From: a virus
Lineage: Duplodnaviria > Caudoviricetes
Strand: one strand, 5' to 3'
Length of the DNA stretch: 64,000 bases
Virus record (IMG/VR): IMGVR_UViG_3300048998_000202
Below, one piece after another: positions 63,201 to 64,000 of this stretch. Numbering within the stretch: position 1 is the first letter of the stretch; the number at the start of each line of letters is the position of its first letter. The translations under genes and the position numbers were made by a program. The notes below the pieces were generated by a model that saw nothing but the letters and a program-made list of their open reading frames with translations, was not told the DNA's origin and made no database searches.

Positions 63201-63995
63201 ATCCGTGGCCCGGTTTTCCCGGACGGTGTACTCGACGGAGGAACCGAGCAGATCTGCGGCGGAGGCAATCGTGGTCGACTCGGTGACCACGTCGTCGGAT
63301 CGGTTGACCACGGGGACATCGGTCCGGCTGGCCACCTGATAGCCGAGATTGAAGTCCTTGACGCCCAGGGAGTAGTCGACCGGCTGGTTCAGGGACGAGA
63401 CCGGGACGTTCTCCGAGGGCAGGCGCGCCATGACGATCCGGAACCGGGATGCGGTAACCGGAGAGATTTTAAAAAGATACTGAGTCCAGTGACCGGACCC
63501 GAAGTGCTGTGGATGCAGGTGGGTGTTGTCCGATACCCCCGAGGAAATCACCTGCGGTATGCAGTCCTGGATCGAGATGACCGCCGCCAGATTGTTCTGC
63601 TGGGCACAGGTCTGCCAGATCCCTCCGGCATCCATGTACTGCACCCATGCCCGCTGCGGGAAATGCGCCAGGGAGAAACCGATCTGGTTCACCCGCTGCA
63701 CGGTAGACAGCGACACCGCGAAGACTTCTCGGGTGGTGTCTCCGTTGGGTCGGGCGGGCGTGGAAAAGAACTGCTGGTTCGCGGACTCCTGCTGACTGGC
63801 GATCAGAGAGGTGTTGGCCGCCAGGGAGGTGTTCAGGGCGTCCAGAGGTGAGCCGTTGACGTACAGCTTGGCCAGCGTCGGCAGCCCGGTGTCGCCGGGC
63901 ATGCCGGACTGTCCCGAGTTCGCCGTGGGCGCCGTGGCCGCACCTCCACTACCGCTCGGAGGGGGCGCCACGATCGTGGACATGCCCTGGGCCAC
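60291..63995 (-). CDS. large structural protein (baseplate/tail, carbohydrate-binding-like domains); may extend past the window edge
   Basis: 1200+ aa, beta-rich, repeated TWxxxE..xW motifs; upstream of tail fibre genes. Confidence 0.65.
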   Translation of the reverse strand: MAQGMSTIVAPPPSGSGGAATAPTANSGQSGMPGDTGLPTLAKLYVNGSPLDALNTSLAANTSLIASQQESANQQFFSTPARPNGDTTREVFAVSLSTVQRVNQIGFSLAHFPQRAWVQYMDAGGIWQTCAQQNNLAAVISIQDCIPQVISSGVSDNTHLHPQHFGSGHWTQYLFKISPVTASRFRIVMARLPSENVPVSSLNQPVDYSLGVKDFNLGYQVASRTDVPVVNRSDDVVTESTTIASAADLLGSSVEYTVRENRATDLLAGTGAVWKCAPQPFASAVVCLYADVRDSSGNPQVIEKFYLEPLYTGSTVNIYYSLQIPNPAVFTASQTPLSFPATRPYGAVLPVPAPDGILFPNSASFLDIDNTVVQFDSTQPFQIGMVVQPQFPYTSTDEVAIYDDGVLKVFFGADPTGTVSTGVFQVSLGTMLLTWSGLPFDYNARLRFVLSYDGTNLMMYTPLETTGDNSEEETPPPPYQIITAVSGEIVPGTNPPAVLRIGGSLTAEAEDATPANARLVSLYIKQGTPDDLDTMTQYWADYSDFVVTPEYPQGPQTTDNMLLRYDPQQQTADTQSLNPYGFLGGPGVVYEDLLWTPIGRDYQLKKGFYDFNPTKARFFKFEFTNLIAEPYETDSPMVSTAKIFAQNPDTVPTAAKATAQSSNSGGSGVQSNIRLASVNRYDDQNRLTASGSASVDTNAGSTTTYLPTEAQFVTDPQGAARMALSAPYWNFAQQSPSPTMPRQSATGQHYYEYVTVAATSRVAYFVGLSQIQMYRSDLQIADDTDVYLELFHDASNLVYDLAIPNWTLGEDTILTPQTLNIPLSLTSQPYKSFRTVRALQFATTQSPPKQLLLDSDFDDTSLQFWRPVGDATITPDPFFDTEVGSLVRVDRAGAPVTWSSMEDFASWNGIEDSDPNPYVPTWDTLEGTVTATALGGIQSFQTVEVSPIGKLYAAVRVLAAQTLSSPLFLQLVNWDGSILAEEPAMVSAGQITEWFVEYNIGSGGVPDGTLLWTDIEALGTWDDLEVIGTWNDIAQGDVTVDVHDVTVQLFQNEVTHDVWYVDNLSIFNDAIMWEFSRDEGQTFWPVWDIRNDPNGVFVFPAEDEAIAGGGAAIVWRVTGAAADLSVSAVEVRPWFDSVTPGNPGKYTVQRGGPSLTPLDQTPVITDDPMFQAWHNVIPQDWWYIYRQAIRQNIQPTPVTQRSFLPDTVPVGVDEGSPAATHASVMPQSVIYTGN

Positions 63996-64000
63996 GGCGT

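Overview
High-GC (roughly two-thirds G+C by eye) fragment of a large tailed phage or prophage/phage-plasmid of an actinomycete, probably Streptomyces-like. Gene content and order resemble the Bxz1/cluster C mycobacteriophage and Rhodococcus E3 type; this is from recall, not a search. Nearly all real genes are on the minus strand. (1) 1-17.4 kb: about 33 mostly small accessory genes, including an RlaP-like nucleotidyltransferase, TerD, a DUF6011 protein and a HicA-like protein, driven by a repeated promoter/operator. (2) 17.5-24.7 kb: a ~1370-aa multidomain 'polyvalent' protein and an intein-containing terminase large subunit. (3) 25-50 kb: recombination/replication module (DUF932, sigma-70 r4 protein, RuvC, Cas4-like nuclease, resolvase, RecA, DnaE, SSB, J-like protein, primase, DnaB, DnaC, 5'-3' exonuclease, metallophosphoesterase, MerR-like HTH, DinG). 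(4) 49.9-52 kb: the only two plus-strand genes (Rep-like HTH, antirepressor), then a gene-free structured ~700-nt region. (5) 52.8-64 kb: SNF2 helicase and tail/baseplate genes. The most notable signals are non-coding: a candidate small RNA (~21650-21745) complementary to a conserved leader-plus-RBS motif upstream of at least 8 phage genes; a promoter-bounded, hairpin-dense candidate large ncRNA (~52085-52785); dispersed GATTTTAAAA sites kept even inside codons; two pentanucleotide-repeat cassettes; and ~13 promoters with an operator in the spacer. No tRNA, CRISPR array or integrase was seen. All family assignments come from motif recognition by eye.
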